A stretch of DNA of 64,000 nt from Candidatus Yanofskybacteria bacterium RIFCSPHIGHO2_02_FULL_43_17 (GCA_001794435.1 MGJU01000014.1:27494-91493); one strand, 5' to 3'; positions 29,814 through 40,196 are shown, counted from the stretch's first letter. Notes: generated from the sequence alone by a model not told the origin. Numbers and translations are program-made.

Positions 29814-29869
29814 AAGAGCGGTGCCCTGTGAAGGCATTGGTTGCGGGTGCAAGTCCCGTCCAGGACCCA
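29795..29869 (+). tRNA. Atypical tRNA-His(GTG)
   Basis: G(-1)-GTCCTGG...CCAGGAC-C, GTGCC-CT-GTG-AA-GGCAT, D-loop AATAGAA lacks GG, T-loop TGCAAGT. Confidence 0.8.
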
Positions 29870-29988
29870 TGAGTTATAAAAATAAGAAATTGCAGAAGAG
29901 TAAATTTAATCAGTTCAAGTATAGATTTGGACTTATTAAACTTGCTCTTATCAAGAGGGCAAGAGCTCTTTTCCAAAAGGAGGGTCGA

Positions 29989-30789
29989 ATGAGACTACAA
30001 CAAGTTGCTAGAATCATGGAGTCTCTAAGACTCCGCAATAAGGGACTTCGTCCAAACAATCAGAAGATTGATGAGTGGGTAGATAACTATATCCAACAAT
30101 GTATTCTGAAAGGTCAAAAGGTAGATATCTTAACTCAATGGTGTTTGTCTAAAGACCTGGAGACTAGATATCAAGTTCAGGGCAATAGATTCGAACCGCT
30201 ACAAGCTGAGATAGATTTACTGCAAAGAGAAATACCCCAAATCTTAAAAGTCTTTACTGACAATGGGGTGGGAGTTAACTGGTGGGTTACATTTAACGGA
30301 GCCTTTCTCGACAGAGGCAGAATTTCCAAAGAACCAACAAAAGAATATGCCGATATGTTAAGAGGTATTAGTACTTCTCCTGAGTTAATTCTGATGGACT
30401 GGGAAGAAGAGATACTCGGAGGCAATAGACCACAGCCGAGTCAAAAAGTTTTGGATGATTTCTTTGGCATAGTTCCAAGAAAGGCCTTCGACTTGGACTT
30501 TTCGAATTTGCTTGAACGGGTAAAGAAATATCCAGAATTTTCTAAAACAGAAGAAGAGTTAAAGAAGGAGTCACAATATAAGATTGCCTGCGAAGCTGAG
30601 GAGGGCAGGTTTCTGTTTAGTCCTGACTCACCATTTCCGTGTGGGCAGTTCATTCTGGTACCTTTGGAATTTCCCGAGAGATATATTTTCTTTGCTGTTT
30701 TGGCTCCTGAGTTCAAGAAGAGGATAGCTTCGATAGTAAAGTCATATCCGTGGAGAATGGATGCAGATAGCCTAAGCTACGAGCTCTAA
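29989..30789 (+). CDS. Uncharacterised alpha/beta protein under T-box control
   Basis: AAGGAGG before ATG 29989 (266 aa), alternative in-frame ATG at 29869. No family recognised with certainty. Confidence 0.7.
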   Translation: MRLQQVARIMESLRLRNKGLRPNNQKIDEWVDNYIQQCILKGQKVDILTQWCLSKDLETRYQVQGNRFEPLQAEIDLLQREIPQILKVFTDNGVGVNWWVTFNGAFLDRGRISKEPTKEYADMLRGISTSPELILMDWEEEILGGNRPQPSQKVLDDFFGIVPRKAFDLDFSNLLERVKKYPEFSKTEEELKKESQYKIACEAEEGRFLFSPDSPFPCGQFILVPLEFPERYIFFAVLAPEFKKRIASIVKSYPWRMDADSLSYEL

Positions 30790-31000
30790 GGTAGAGCTTG
30801 CAAGCGGTGCGATAACCTCGCCCGCTTTTTCTTTTTTCAAAAACCCTTGTTTTATAAGGGTTTTCTCATTTTTGGTGAGGGGTTTGTTGAAGAGGTTAAA
30901 ACTTCATGTAATGAGCGACGCTCGCCCCGAAAGGACGGCCCGCTCTTATGACGTCCTTAAAATACCGCTGTTTTTATTCTCAAGCCGCTATCAAAAACTC

Positions 31001-32866
31001 TTAGAAAAGATATCTTAAGATTGAAGGGATTGATAAGTGAAGAAAATCTTTATTGGTTTTCATGTTTGCCATTTTCAGATATGTGCGGAAATTGTTGCCA
31101 AATTTAACAGTTCTCGGCAAAGTTGATGCTAAATTTGACGTTGATACAGGTGAAAGCGTAAGATCGCCGGATACATACCAATTGGGATCAAAATTGACAT
31201 CCAGCTCAAAATCCATCAAACGAAATATGAAATCTTGATTAAACGCAGTCCCCTGATTGGCTCCATTTCCAATATTAGGCGAACTATCGTACCCGTTGGC
31301 AGCATACGCCCACGTTCCAGCGCCATCCAACACCAGATCCTGCGCTGTAGGATTGCCTTCAGTGTTATTGTTGTTCCAAATTTTTACATAACTTGTACCA
31401 ACGGCGCCATGTCGCCAGCTCCATTGAAGATTAGACCACTGTCCAACCGGCAAAGAAACGGTTGCGGTATCAGTATAATGATTAATATTTCTTTGCAGTG
31501 TGAAACACACATTGGCAGTATCCGTCCCGCCACAATTTGAACCGCTTTCCAAAAAACCTATGACCCGATTACCGGAACCAGCGCTACCAATATGCCAAAT
31601 GAAAAACTTAAGTTGGCGCCTAGTATCGCCTCCGGGGGCAACACTTATTGGGTTTTCAATATATATTCTCATTCTTCCATAAAAGGGCCCATTAGCTGGC
31701 CAAGAAGAATAAGCAGGTCTTGAATTGCTTTCTATCCAACCGGCGAGTTCTGAATTTTGGCCAGATTGAGACACGTCAAAATCACACCACTTGTATTGAG
31801 TGTATCCTCTATTACTCCAACCGCCGGAATTAAAATGAGTATTTTGCCAATAAACCCCGTTAGCGCATGTGCCTGACGGACGAACCTCTGAAAGGTTTCT
31901 CCATTGGCTGTTGGGGCTCCAATACATCTGATATGGGGTTGATTGAAATGGGATTCTGATTAAAACGTTGGTGCTTGGTGTTGGAGTCGGAGTTGGCGTA
32001 GGTGTCAGAGTAGGAGTCGGTGTTGGAGTAGGCGTTGGAGTCGGGGTAACGCTTGGTGTCGGAGTCGGAGTTGGTGTTGGTGTTGGGGTCGGAGTTGGTG
32101 TCGGCGTTGGAGTGGGTGTGGGTGTCGGTGTAACTCCTCCCCTATCAGAGATAGCCCTTATTTTGAAAAAATCGTATCTTGGGTCATTATCGTTGTCTGC
32201 TGCTCGTCCGCCAATACCAGACTGAATGTGGACCGCGTCATCAAGCCTTGCGGTATTAGTATCGGTAAAAGTTCCGTTGGGTGACCCATTAATACCTATC
32301 CATCCCGGGTCAGAGGGTTTGACGGAACCGTGATTCACAACCCATGCATTTAATACTACGTTAGCTCCTACTGCTCCGGAAGCCGATAATCGCACGGTAT
32401 AAAAATTACCTGATGTCACGGTAACACCGCTTACTATTGCTCCAAGAATCGTTCTTACGCCGGCATTGTAACGCGCGAGTTGGAGAGTCCTTGTAGACGC
32501 TTCAAGATAAACGGCGTAAAAGTCGTTTCTGCCGGCATCTTGAACTCGCACAGCGGTCATTGGGGTACGAGTAGCTGTTGCGGCTCCGGTTATCTGAGCC
32601 TCATGTTCTATGCTGCCGGGATTACTTACAGAATAGCGAAACAATGATGTAAGAGCCGTGTTGCCGTCTAAATCGAGGGTGGTGGCATCCCAAACAGCAG
32701 AGCCGAGGTTTATGGTCCAGCGAGATGGAGAAAATGGATTGGTGTCGAAGTTGTCTGAAGATTCAAAAGCAACGGCAAATTGCGGATTTATTAAAGACAC
32801 TGCGAAAATAGCAACAAAGAACGCTACGACCCTAAGTCTAAAATTAAAATATTTGTTATTTTTCAT
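31001..32866 (-). CDS. Secreted protein with two beta-rich (lectin/LamG-like) domains and a Pro-Thr linker
   Basis: Signal peptide, (TP)n of about 50 aa, Trp/Asn/Gly-rich domains. Confidence 0.7.
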   Translation of the reverse strand: MKNNKYFNFRLRVVAFFVAIFAVSLINPQFAVAFESSDNFDTNPFSPSRWTINLGSAVWDATTLDLDGNTALTSLFRYSVSNPGSIEHEAQITGAATATRTPMTAVRVQDAGRNDFYAVYLEASTRTLQLARYNAGVRTILGAIVSGVTVTSGNFYTVRLSASGAVGANVVLNAWVVNHGSVKPSDPGWIGINGSPNGTFTDTNTARLDDAVHIQSGIGGRAADNDNDPRYDFFKIRAISDRGGVTPTPTPTPTPTPTPTPTPTPTPTPTPSVTPTPTPTPTPTPTLTPTPTPTPTPSTNVLIRIPFQSTPYQMYWSPNSQWRNLSEVRPSGTCANGVYWQNTHFNSGGWSNRGYTQYKWCDFDVSQSGQNSELAGWIESNSRPAYSSWPANGPFYGRMRIYIENPISVAPGGDTRRQLKFFIWHIGSAGSGNRVIGFLESGSNCGGTDTANVCFTLQRNINHYTDTATVSLPVGQWSNLQWSWRHGAVGTSYVKIWNNNNTEGNPTAQDLVLDGAGTWAYAANGYDSSPNIGNGANQGTAFNQDFIFRLMDFELDVNFDPNWYVSGDLTLSPVSTSNLASTLPRTVKFGNNFRTYLKMANMKTNKDFLHLSIPSILRYLF

Positions 32867-32993
32867 AAGAGAAAATATACCACAAGAAATTTTAAGCGCC
32901 AAATTTGTTGATGAGGGGCGGGATAACTGTCCTGTTTTTAATAACCAAAACCCCGCACGGAGGCACTGTCGGGGTTCGGATAAAATTGTCTAT

Positions 32994-35831
32994 TTATTGT
33001 ATGGCATCCCCCTCCGTCCACGAATCCAGCTCCGTCTGATTTACGGGAGAAACATGTTGCCAGTTGTAACCATTGCGGTCAAAAGCTTCTTTGGTTTGGA
33101 TCCAATGTCGTCGGTTGTTTTGTATAAGATAGACCCTGGAATCCCCCGATACTCGGATAAGAGTGTTGTCGTCGATAAGAGATAGCTCAGACGGTTCAAC
33201 TTCTACAACATCGCTGAATCTGTTGCCGTAGGACAGGAATACATCTGCAGTCGGTATCCAGCGTTTTAATCCTGTTTCTGTTATGTAGTATACTTTCGTG
33301 TCTCCTCTGGCCCTGAGAAGGTTTGCGCGTGAATAGTTACGCTCTTCCGAGTTGGAACGCTTTTCGATCTTGGTCCAATCCAGGTTAAGAGAATTAAAGA
33401 TGCTGGGGTTGGTAATCCATTTTATTTTTTCTCCGATGACTATGTATACCTTGGGGCTGCCTTCAAAGGTAACAACCTTGGGTTTAGGTGTGGGTGTGGG
33501 TTTGGGAGTAGGTGACGGATGTGGACACCAACCTTCGGCTGGTTCAGGAGGAAGACATCTGGGACCGGAAATGGCATCGAGACAAGCCGGGCGAACTACA
33601 CAAGTGGGTGTGGGTGTGCGAGTTGGTGTGGGCGTCGGAGTCGGTGTAGGCGTACGAGTTGGCGTAGGTGTCACGGTTGGCGTCGGAGTAGGCGTGCGGG
33701 TTGGTGTGGGCGTAGGCGTCGGAGTAGGAGTCGGAGTCCTGGATGGCGTGGGTGTTGGAGTTGGAGTCGGCGTCGGCGTAGGAGTCGGGGTTGGTGTAGG
33801 GGTTGGTGTGGTCGTGCCAGTTCCAATATATGAGGTGCTGATTTTAACATCGTCATAGTAGATGTCTTGATTATGCGAGGGAACGCCTTCGGTCAAATAA
33901 TCCGAAATCATCGCAAAGTTGGTGCCTTTAGTGAAATCATCGCCATAAGTTCCGTTCCAAGGCACACGCCATCTGATGTTACTGTAATCCGCCACCTGCT
34001 GACCGTTAATCCACATCTGGAAAATTCCATTATCCTGACTTGGATCATTTAATCTGCGGCGAGCTTCAATCGTATACCATTGACCAGATTGCACTCTGTA
34101 TGGGTTGGCGGTCCTATTATATCCCGCCAAATTCGGACCTACCCAAAACCACTGACCGCTAGCCGCTTGTTTATTATTGCCTTCTGCTCCAAAGTTACCG
34201 TCATAACTTTGAACTATCAAATAATGCGAAACCCACGGATTACAGCAAGGACTGTCATGTCTTCTTGAGTCTTGGGTGCCGATAATGAATTGTTTCGGGT
34301 TAGCATTAAAATCAAATCCCGGGGAATAATATACTTTCCATTGAACATAGACGTCATTATAGCGGTTACCCTGTCCGGAACTCCAGACTGGGCCGGCGAT
34401 TGAATCGCCGAAATGCTGGGTACCAAAACTTGTCTGATCACCGGTCTGACCCGCGGTTAACGCATGCCTTAGAGCATAATTACCACTATTACGAACAGTG
34501 GTCTGGACAGTGAATTGATTACTGCTTTGAAGACTACCCTGACTGGCACTATTAAACGACCCTGCCTTGCTACCTGATTCCCAGCCTTCGTTGAAGAAAA
34601 TACCCGCTCCGGGTGTGGGCGTAGGAGTCAGCGTCGGTGTAGGAGTAGGAGTCGGTGTCAATTGAGTCCTGAATGTCTGATTAGCAGAAGTGGCTAGATT
34701 GTTTGACGCATCTCTTGATCTGACCCTGTATGTATAGAGGGTGTTGGGAAGAAGGGTGGATACATTGATAGAATGGGAGGTTCTGGTTCCGGCTACTAGC
34801 GGTGTAAGACAATTAGTAGTTCCCGGGCAGACGCCATTCATGAATTCTACTTGAGAATTTGCTCCTTCGTTGGTGGTCCAGTTAATAGTGGCGCTGTATT
34901 GGCCAAGATTAGTTACATTGATGCCTGAGATGACTGGAGGAGTTGTGTCGGGTGTTGGAGTAGGCGTCGGTGTAGGAGTCGGGGTTGGTGTTGGCGTTGG
35001 TGTTGGTGTGGGGGTTGGTGTGGGGGTTGGAGTGCTACCCGTTACAAACCCTGCCGGAGGGTTTGGCCTTGTCTGCGTTACCATGATACGGCCAATGTCA
35101 ATATATGCACCTGCCGAACCCCCGGAAGTCTGTTCAATATAGGCGAGTAATCGCGCGACATCCCATGTTGTGCTCCATGACCTGGTATCACTATTTGAGA
35201 TATGACCTGCGATGGATCCGTCCTGGCTGTAAATCCATAATTCCGTATGGTCGTTCACAAGTCCCATAATCACATAATACCATTGGTTGTGTCCGCCGGG
35301 CGCCTCCTGATATCGGTGATTACTACCTAAACTATTTTGGTTGTTACCAAATTCATCGCGACATCCATCTCCGTTGGCATTTGTACAAGTTAAGAAAGTG
35401 CGATGCCCCACTGCCTGCCAGTTAAAAATAGTCGGCCGAAATGGCACGCCTCCCCCGGCATCAGTAACAGGGTAAAACATTGCAAACTTGAATTCACCGC
35501 CTACATGAGAGCTAGTCCATGTGGGGCCTACCCGCATGATAAATGATGTGTATATGCTGTTGGTTCCAGTATTCGGGTGATTGAGCGAATATCCGTCGTC
35601 ATCCTCACCCTGAGATACTGTGGTCCATCTGTAGTAACCTTCAGAACCGTTCCAAGATCCATCAGTGCGCCACTGACGCGTAAAATGAGGGTTGTTTGTG
35701 CCAGGGATCTGCGCATCGTGTTGGGCTTGAGTAGAGACAAGTTCTCCCCATCCAATGGCCATAGCCGTTGTCGGAAATATTACGATGCTTATTGCAAAAA
35801 CAAGTCCTGTCAAAAAATTGCGGTATTTCAT
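32994..35831 (-). CDS. Large secreted protein: beta-sandwich domains, FN3-like module, polysaccharide-lyase-like domain, Pro-Thr linkers, C-terminal repeats
   Basis: DTTPPVIS...[14 protein letters not shown]...L.PNT.Y.YRV.SRDA.NN, GQWYTIE...GIFQMWING...YYDDV, three KVY.I....RWI repeats. Confidence 0.72.
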   Translation of the reverse strand: MKYRNFLTGLVFAISIVIFPTTAMAIGWGELVSTQAQHDAQIPGTNNPHFTRQWRTDGSWNGSEGYYRWTTVSQGEDDDGYSLNHPNTGTNSIYTSFIMRVGPTWTSSHVGGEFKFAMFYPVTDAGGGVPFRPTIFNWQAVGHRTFLTCTNANGDGCRDEFGNNQNSLGSNHRYQEAPGGHNQWYYVIMGLVNDHTELWIYSQDGSIAGHISNSDTRSWSTTWDVARLLAYIEQTSGGSAGAYIDIGRIMVTQTRPNPPAGFVTGSTPTPTPTPTPTPTPTPTPTPTPTPTPTPDTTPPVISGINVTNLGQYSATINWTTNEGANSQVEFMNGVCPGTTNCLTPLVAGTRTSHSINVSTLLPNTLYTYRVRSRDASNNLATSANQTFRTQLTPTPTPTPTLTPTPTPGAGIFFNEGWESGSKAGSFNSASQGSLQSSNQFTVQTTVRNSGNYALRHALTAGQTGDQTSFGTQHFGDSIAGPVWSSGQGNRYNDVYVQWKVYYSPGFDFNANPKQFIIGTQDSRRHDSPCCNPWVSHYLIVQSYDGNFGAEGNNKQAASGQWFWVGPNLAGYNRTANPYRVQSGQWYTIEARRRLNDPSQDNGIFQMWINGQQVADYSNIRWRVPWNGTYGDDFTKGTNFAMISDYLTEGVPSHNQDIYYDDVKISTSYIGTGTTTPTPTPTPTPTPTPTPTPTPTPSRTPTPTPTPTPTPTRTPTPTPTVTPTPTRTPTPTPTPTPTRTPTPTCVVRPACLDAISGPRCLPPEPAEGWCPHPSPTPKPTPTPKPKVVTFEGSPKVYIVIGEKIKWITNPSIFNSLNLDWTKIEKRSNSEERNYSRANLLRARGDTKVYYITETGLKRWIPTADVFLSYGNRFSDVVEVEPSELSLIDDNTLIRVSGDSRVYLIQNNRRHWIQTKEAFDRNGYNWQHVSPVNQTELDSWTEGDAIQ

Positions 35832-36148
35832 ATGTTTAATATTAGTAGTTAAAAATAAATACGAGTAATAATTTCCAGCAACAACTATCTTGCCCTGCCT
35901 AGAGCGCAATAATCATGTTGCCGAAATTTTTACCTCTATTTATATAAATTATACGCAACTTAATTATACACAATTACGATACGGAGCAACAATGGTCAAA
36001 AAACCGATAGATATCCACAACCCGTACCAAGGAACACGCGGGCTTTGCGGGCGGCGGCAGAGCACTTGTCTGCCGATAGGTAGGGCTTTCTCGGTTCAAA
36101 AATTTTTGATAAGGTATGTCCTAGCTAAGCTGTAAGCATACTGCGACC

Positions 36149-36622
36149 ATGTTTATTCTGAATATTTTCTCAAGGATGCACAAATCGATAAGACACAAGG
36201 TTACTACCCAAGAACCCGGTCTTTATGTTTCTCTGATATTTCCCATTGCCGTCGCCTTCTTGCTTACATTTACGGTTGCCAGAGTTATCAGTTATCTTGT
36301 CCCCTCTCTTGGTGTATTTATAAACGACTTCAGAGTTCATCATTTTACTTGGGGTATTTTTATTTTGGCTGTTTCTGGCTATCTGGCATTGGTATTTGAC
36401 GAAGCCAGGGCCAAATATCTCATCTCGCTTCTTTATGGCTTCGGTTTGGGCCTTACCTTTGACGAATTTGCTTTTTGGCTTAAGTTAACCGATGACGATC
36501 CGGCGCGTTGGAGTTACGACGGATTTCTTTTAGTTGCCGGCTTTTTATTCTTGATCATCTCGGCAAAATCCGGAGTAAAAATGCTCAAAAAACTGTGGCC
36601 CTTTAGGGGGTTGACTTTTTGA
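36149..36622 (+). CDS. Hypothetical integral membrane protein
   Basis: Four TM helices, RVHHFTWG, GLGLTFDEF. Confidence 0.7.
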   Translation: MFILNIFSRMHKSIRHKVTTQEPGLYVSLIFPIAVAFLLTFTVARVISYLVPSLGVFINDFRVHHFTWGIFILAVSGYLALVFDEARAKYLISLLYGFGLGLTFDEFAFWLKLTDDDPARWSYDGFLLVAGFLFLIISAKSGVKMLKKLWPFRGLTF

Positions 36623-36732
36623 CTCGAATCTGCTATACTTATAGCATAACCTCAAGAAGGGTCTAAATACAAAGAGATGGCTTGCTAAGCCGTTTTTTTG
36701 TACCCAAATTAATCCTTTCCAGAGGCAAAAAT

Positions 36733-37263
36733 ATGAATAAAAAACTAAGGTATACGGTGGTTCTTTTTATCCTAATTTCAGCGTTCTCAAGCGGCATTGA
36801 TGCCAAGGCCGGATTGTTCGACTGGATCAACGGCGGAAATACAGAGTGGACATTCGAAAACATTTACGAAAATATTGCCAGCCAAACCGACAAGTCGAAT
36901 CCCGCTATTCAGGAGGTTGTCGTTTTGGAGTCCAAAAACCCCATAACACCGGCCAGAACTAAAACCGACTCCGTGAAGGAATATGTCGTTACCGCAACGG
37001 CTTACTCTTCTACGGTTGACCAGACGGACGATACCCCGTTCATAACCGCTTCGGGAACATATGTAAGAGATGGTATTGCTGCAGCAAACTTCTTGCCGTT
37101 CGGTACTGTGTTCAAAATACCAGATCTATACGGTGACAAAATATTCATCGTTGAGGACAGGATGAACAAAAGATACTGGCACCGGGTAGACATCTGGTTC
37201 CCAGAAAGACAGATGGCCAGAGAGTTCGGAGTCAAACAGATCCGGATCGAGATCGTCTCATAA
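36733..37263 (+). CDS. 3D-domain (MltA-like) cell-wall protein
   Basis: VTATAYSS...QTD.TPFITASG, AANFLPFGT, VEDRM, VDIW. Confidence 0.85.
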   Translation: MNKKLRYTVVLFILISAFSSGIDAKAGLFDWINGGNTEWTFENIYENIASQTDKSNPAIQEVVVLESKNPITPARTKTDSVKEYVVTATAYSSTVDQTDDTPFITASGTYVRDGIAAANFLPFGTVFKIPDLYGDKIFIVEDRMNKRYWHRVDIWFPERQMAREFGVKQIRIEIVS

Positions 37264-37286
37264 CCATTCGACGAGTCACAACCAAC

Positions 37287-37320
37287 AACCTAAAACCCGC
37301 AAAAGCGGGTTTTAGGTTTT
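37287..37320. terminator. Bidirectional terminator hairpin
   Basis: AACCTAAAACCCGC-AAAA-GCGGGTTTTAGGTT between convergent genes. Confidence 0.75.
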
Positions 37321-37930
37321 ATAGTTGTGGCCTATATTTTGTGTTGTTGCGCATAAGTCCGGCTATTTCCTCAAGACGCTCTTTAGGTACCGTCACGCCT
37401 ATTGATCTGGTCTGATCATGGGTTGATAACCCCTCCTCATGATCGAAAAAAAGTAGACCGTTTTTTTCTGCCAGGTCTTTGGCTTTTCTGGCATTAGTTT
37501 CAAATTCAGCTTGAAATCTCTTTTCTTCCTCTTCGTCTTCAACACCATAGATATCTTTTAATCCTGTGTTATCTATTCCGAAAAATATGTCCACCGAACT
37601 ACCGTCTTCTGCAATACTAATCGGAATTTCAGGCAAATCGTACTCTTTCAAACTTCCTTCGCGAATCAAGATCCTTATCAATACATCGTTTTTATCTAGA
37701 CCTAGCTTTTTACCTATTTCCAAGAGTTTTAAATGAGCCCTGTGTTTTTCTTTATTTACAAAGGCAAGCATCCGCTGCCGTTCAAAATCATTTGAGCCGC
37801 CCCTTCTCCCTTTTTCTATGTCCCTTATCTCTTGGACAAGCCCCCAATATTCTCCGATCAGTCTATTAAACAGAGACTTAATCTCATAATTTGGAACCTC
37901 CGGTCTAAATCTAAATGGACCCTTTTTCAT
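37319..37930 (-). CDS. Hypothetical protein
   Basis: 203-aa ORF, no recognised motif. Confidence 0.55.
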   Translation of the reverse strand: MKKGPFRFRPEVPNYEIKSLFNRLIGEYWGLVQEIRDIEKGRRGGSNDFERQRMLAFVNKEKHRAHLKLLEIGKKLGLDKNDVLIRILIREGSLKEYDLPEIPISIAEDGSSVDIFFGIDNTGLKDIYGVEDEEEEKRFQAEFETNARKAKDLAEKNGLLFFDHEEGLSTHDQTRSIGVTVPKERLEEIAGLMRNNTKYRPQL

Positions 37931-38066
37931 ATTGCCATTGTATTAATAGATTTAATAATGGTGTCACTTTTTTATGGAATCCTCGATAACCTTGTCCAGT
38001 ATTCTTGAAATAGTGCGAACCGTTTTCGCCCCGCCACGACGGGGCGAGGCATTGACTTTTCCAACG

Positions 38067-38142
38067 TGGTGCGCCCACCAGGGCTCGAACCTGGGACAAA
38101 TCGATTAAGAGTCGATTGCTCTACCAACTGAGCTATGGGCGC
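38067..38142 (-). tRNA. tRNA-Lys(CTT)
   Basis: GCGCCCA...TGGGCGC-A-CCA, ATCGA-CT-CTT-AA-TCGAT. Confidence 0.95.
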
Positions 38143-38166
38143 ATATCGTTTGATTTTATCAAATTC

Positions 38167-38241
38167 TGGTGCCCCCGCCAGGGCTCGAACCCGGAATTCG
38201 ACGTCCGAAGCGTCGCGTGATATCCATTTCACTACAGGGGC
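38167..38241 (-). tRNA. tRNA-Arg(TCG)
   Basis: GCCCCTG...CGGGGGC-A-CCA, CGACG-CT-TCG-GA-CGTCG. Confidence 0.93.
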
Positions 38242-38284
38242 ATGACTACGGGATTATTATACCAGAAAATCCGGATTTTTCAAT

Positions 38285-39568
38285 TTATTTTTTGTATCTC
38301 TTTTTGAGGTCTTGAATTATTTTAGGAAGCACTTTGAGAACATAGTCTATGTCCTTTTTTGTTGTTTGTCTGCCCATAGAAAATCTTAGGGCTCCGTTAA
38401 TGTATTTTTTATCCAACCCTATGGCCTTGAGTACATGAGACGGCTCAACGGCATGAGAGGTGCAGGCTGAACCGCTTCCGGCACATATTCCGTATTTATC
38501 GAGTTCCAACAAAAGCACTTCACTCGTCAGGTCTGGAACCGATATGTTCACATTATTCGGCAACCTGTTGATAATCGACTTCGCAAGTCGATTATCAACA
38601 GGTCCGTTAATTTTAACGTCCGGTAACAAGGCGCCCACTTTTTCGATAAGGTCATCCCTCAAGCCAGCAAGCCGTTCGCCTTCTTGTTCTTGCCCTGAGC
38701 TTGTGGATTCGACAGGCTCACCACCCTGAGGCTTTGTCGAATGGGTCGAATGAGTATCTATGTTATCTAAAGCCACAGCCAATCCGCCGATAGCCATCAG
38801 GTTCTCGGTCCCGGCTCTCAGGCCAGCCTCTTGCTCTCCACCTAACATAATAGGAGAAAGCTTAACCCCCCTCCTTGCATACAAAACACCTACTCCTTTC
38901 GGGCCATATATTTTGGAACCGTTAAAAGTAAGCAGGTCAACACCAAGATGGTTGACGTTCATATCCAGATATTCCGTCGCCTGACAAGCGTCGACATGAA
39001 AAATTGGAAATTTTTCATGTCGTATATTTCGAAATTTCGATATGTCGGCATACTCTTCACGAAAATCTCGAATTATTTTCGAGATTTTCGTGATCGGTTC
39101 AATGGTGCCTATTTCGTTATTGGCATACATTACCGACACCAGAACCGTACGGGAGTTTAGCTTGTTTTTTAGATCATTTAAATCCACCAGCCCATTTTGG
39201 TCTACTCTGACGAATTTAATTTCCCATCCTTTTTGCTTTAAAAACTTCAACGGCCTGAGTATTGACGGGTGTTCAATGGGAGTAGAGATTATCTCTCTTC
39301 GACTACGTTTAGAACAAGCATGGGCCAGTCCGAAAATGGCTAAGTTATTAGCTTCTGTACCGGAAGCAGTGAAAATTATCTCGTCCGAATGTGCCCCTAG
39401 AAATCTTGCCACCTTCAATCGAGCCCGTTCTGTATATTCCCGCGCTTCCCTACCACGGTCGTTGTAAGAAGACGGGTTGCCATACAGTTTAGTGACTTTG
39501 ACTATTTCTGCGACGACGTTTTCATCTATCGGAGTAGAGGCGGCGTTGTCTAAATAAACTTTTTTCAT
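38285..39568 (-). CDS. iscS: Cysteine desulfurase (IscS/NifS family)
   Basis: YLDNAAST, GNPSS, FTASGTEANN, NNEIG, HVDACQ, SKIYGPKG, GSACTS. Confidence 0.9.
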   Translation of the reverse strand: MKKVYLDNAASTPIDENVVAEIVKVTKLYGNPSSYNDRGREAREYTERARLKVARFLGAHSDEIIFTASGTEANNLAIFGLAHACSKRSRREIISTPIEHPSILRPLKFLKQKGWEIKFVRVDQNGLVDLNDLKNKLNSRTVLVSVMYANNEIGTIEPITKISKIIRDFREEYADISKFRNIRHEKFPIFHVDACQATEYLDMNVNHLGVDLLTFNGSKIYGPKGVGVLYARRGVKLSPIMLGGEQEAGLRAGTENLMAIGGLAVALDNIDTHSTHSTKPQGGEPVESTSSGQEQEGERLAGLRDDLIEKVGALLPDVKINGPVDNRLAKSIINRLPNNVNISVPDLTSEVLLLELDKYGICAGSGSACTSHAVEPSHVLKAIGLDKKYINGALRFSMGRQTTKKDIDYVLKVLPKIIQDLKKRYKK

Positions 39569-39942
39569 ACGAACCTTTTCCTCTCGGGCCAAAAGAAAAG
39601 AGATAAGAACCCCCCTATAAGGCCCACGTCTCTGATAACAACCTCATTTATGCCAAAAGTAAACAAAATAGCGACCAGAAACATCAGCGCCAAAAAAGAG
39701 AATGTCTTTATGAAAATATTACTCAAAACACTTGCACCTACCAATAACTCAAAAACGCCGCTGGCATAGACAACGTCCATCCCACCGAGACCCGCCTTTG
39801 AAGCAACCGACAAAATTCCTTGGGAAATCCAGGCACTAAGCCAATACTGGGGATTCAGGAATTTATCCACTCCGAACCAAATGAAAACCGTCGCCAGACC
39901 GAGACGTAAAAACAGATTGGAATAACGAAGGGACTGAAACAT
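39565..39942 (-). CDS. DoxX family membrane protein
   Basis: LRLGLATVFIWFGVDKF, RDVGL. Confidence 0.75.
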   Translation of the reverse strand: MFQSLRYSNLFLRLGLATVFIWFGVDKFLNPQYWLSAWISQGILSVASKAGLGGMDVVYASGVFELLVGASVLSNIFIKTFSFLALMFLVAILFTFGINEVVIRDVGLIGGFLSLFFWPERKRFV

Positions 39943-39951
39943 AATGGTATA

Positions 39952-39980
39952 TTGACAAAGACTAAAAATTAGTGTATAAT
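39952..39980 (+). promoter_or_regulatory. Consensus sigma70 promoter
   Basis: TTGACA-N17-TATAAT. Confidence 0.8.
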
Positions 39981-39986
39981 ACAGAT

Positions 39987-40128
39987 ATCCTTAACTAGAG
40001 TCCGTACTGGCGACTTCGTATTTACACGGCATAAAATCTTCACCCCGTTTTACGGGAAGTGAAAATTCATTACTCTTCTATTATACAGAAGAATAGGCTT
40101 GCCGCAACAAGTATCGGGTCGCTGGTTC
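39987..40128 (+). ncRNA. Candidate structured ncRNA
   Basis: Downstream of a consensus promoter with no ORF. ACTGGCGACTT (40006-16) can pair with GGGTCGCTGGT (40116-26), with internal hairpins. Confidence 0.45.
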
Positions 40129-40129
40129 A

Positions 40130-40192
40130 CCCCGCACTTAACGAGGGTCGGCAAAAACAGCCGTTAAGAGCTTGTCCTCGTTAAGTGCGGGG
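40130..40192. repeat. TIR element with TTCA duplication
   Basis: TTCA|CCCCGCACTTAACGAGG ... CCTCGTTAAGTGCGGGG|TTCA. Confidence 0.8.
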
Positions 40193-40196
40193 TTCA

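Noticed and set aside
31970-35035. GGTGTN/GGAGTN periodic tracts as a CRISPR array or satellite
   Set aside because: They encode Pro-Thr linkers on the minus strand. There are no constant repeats with unique spacers and no cas genes.
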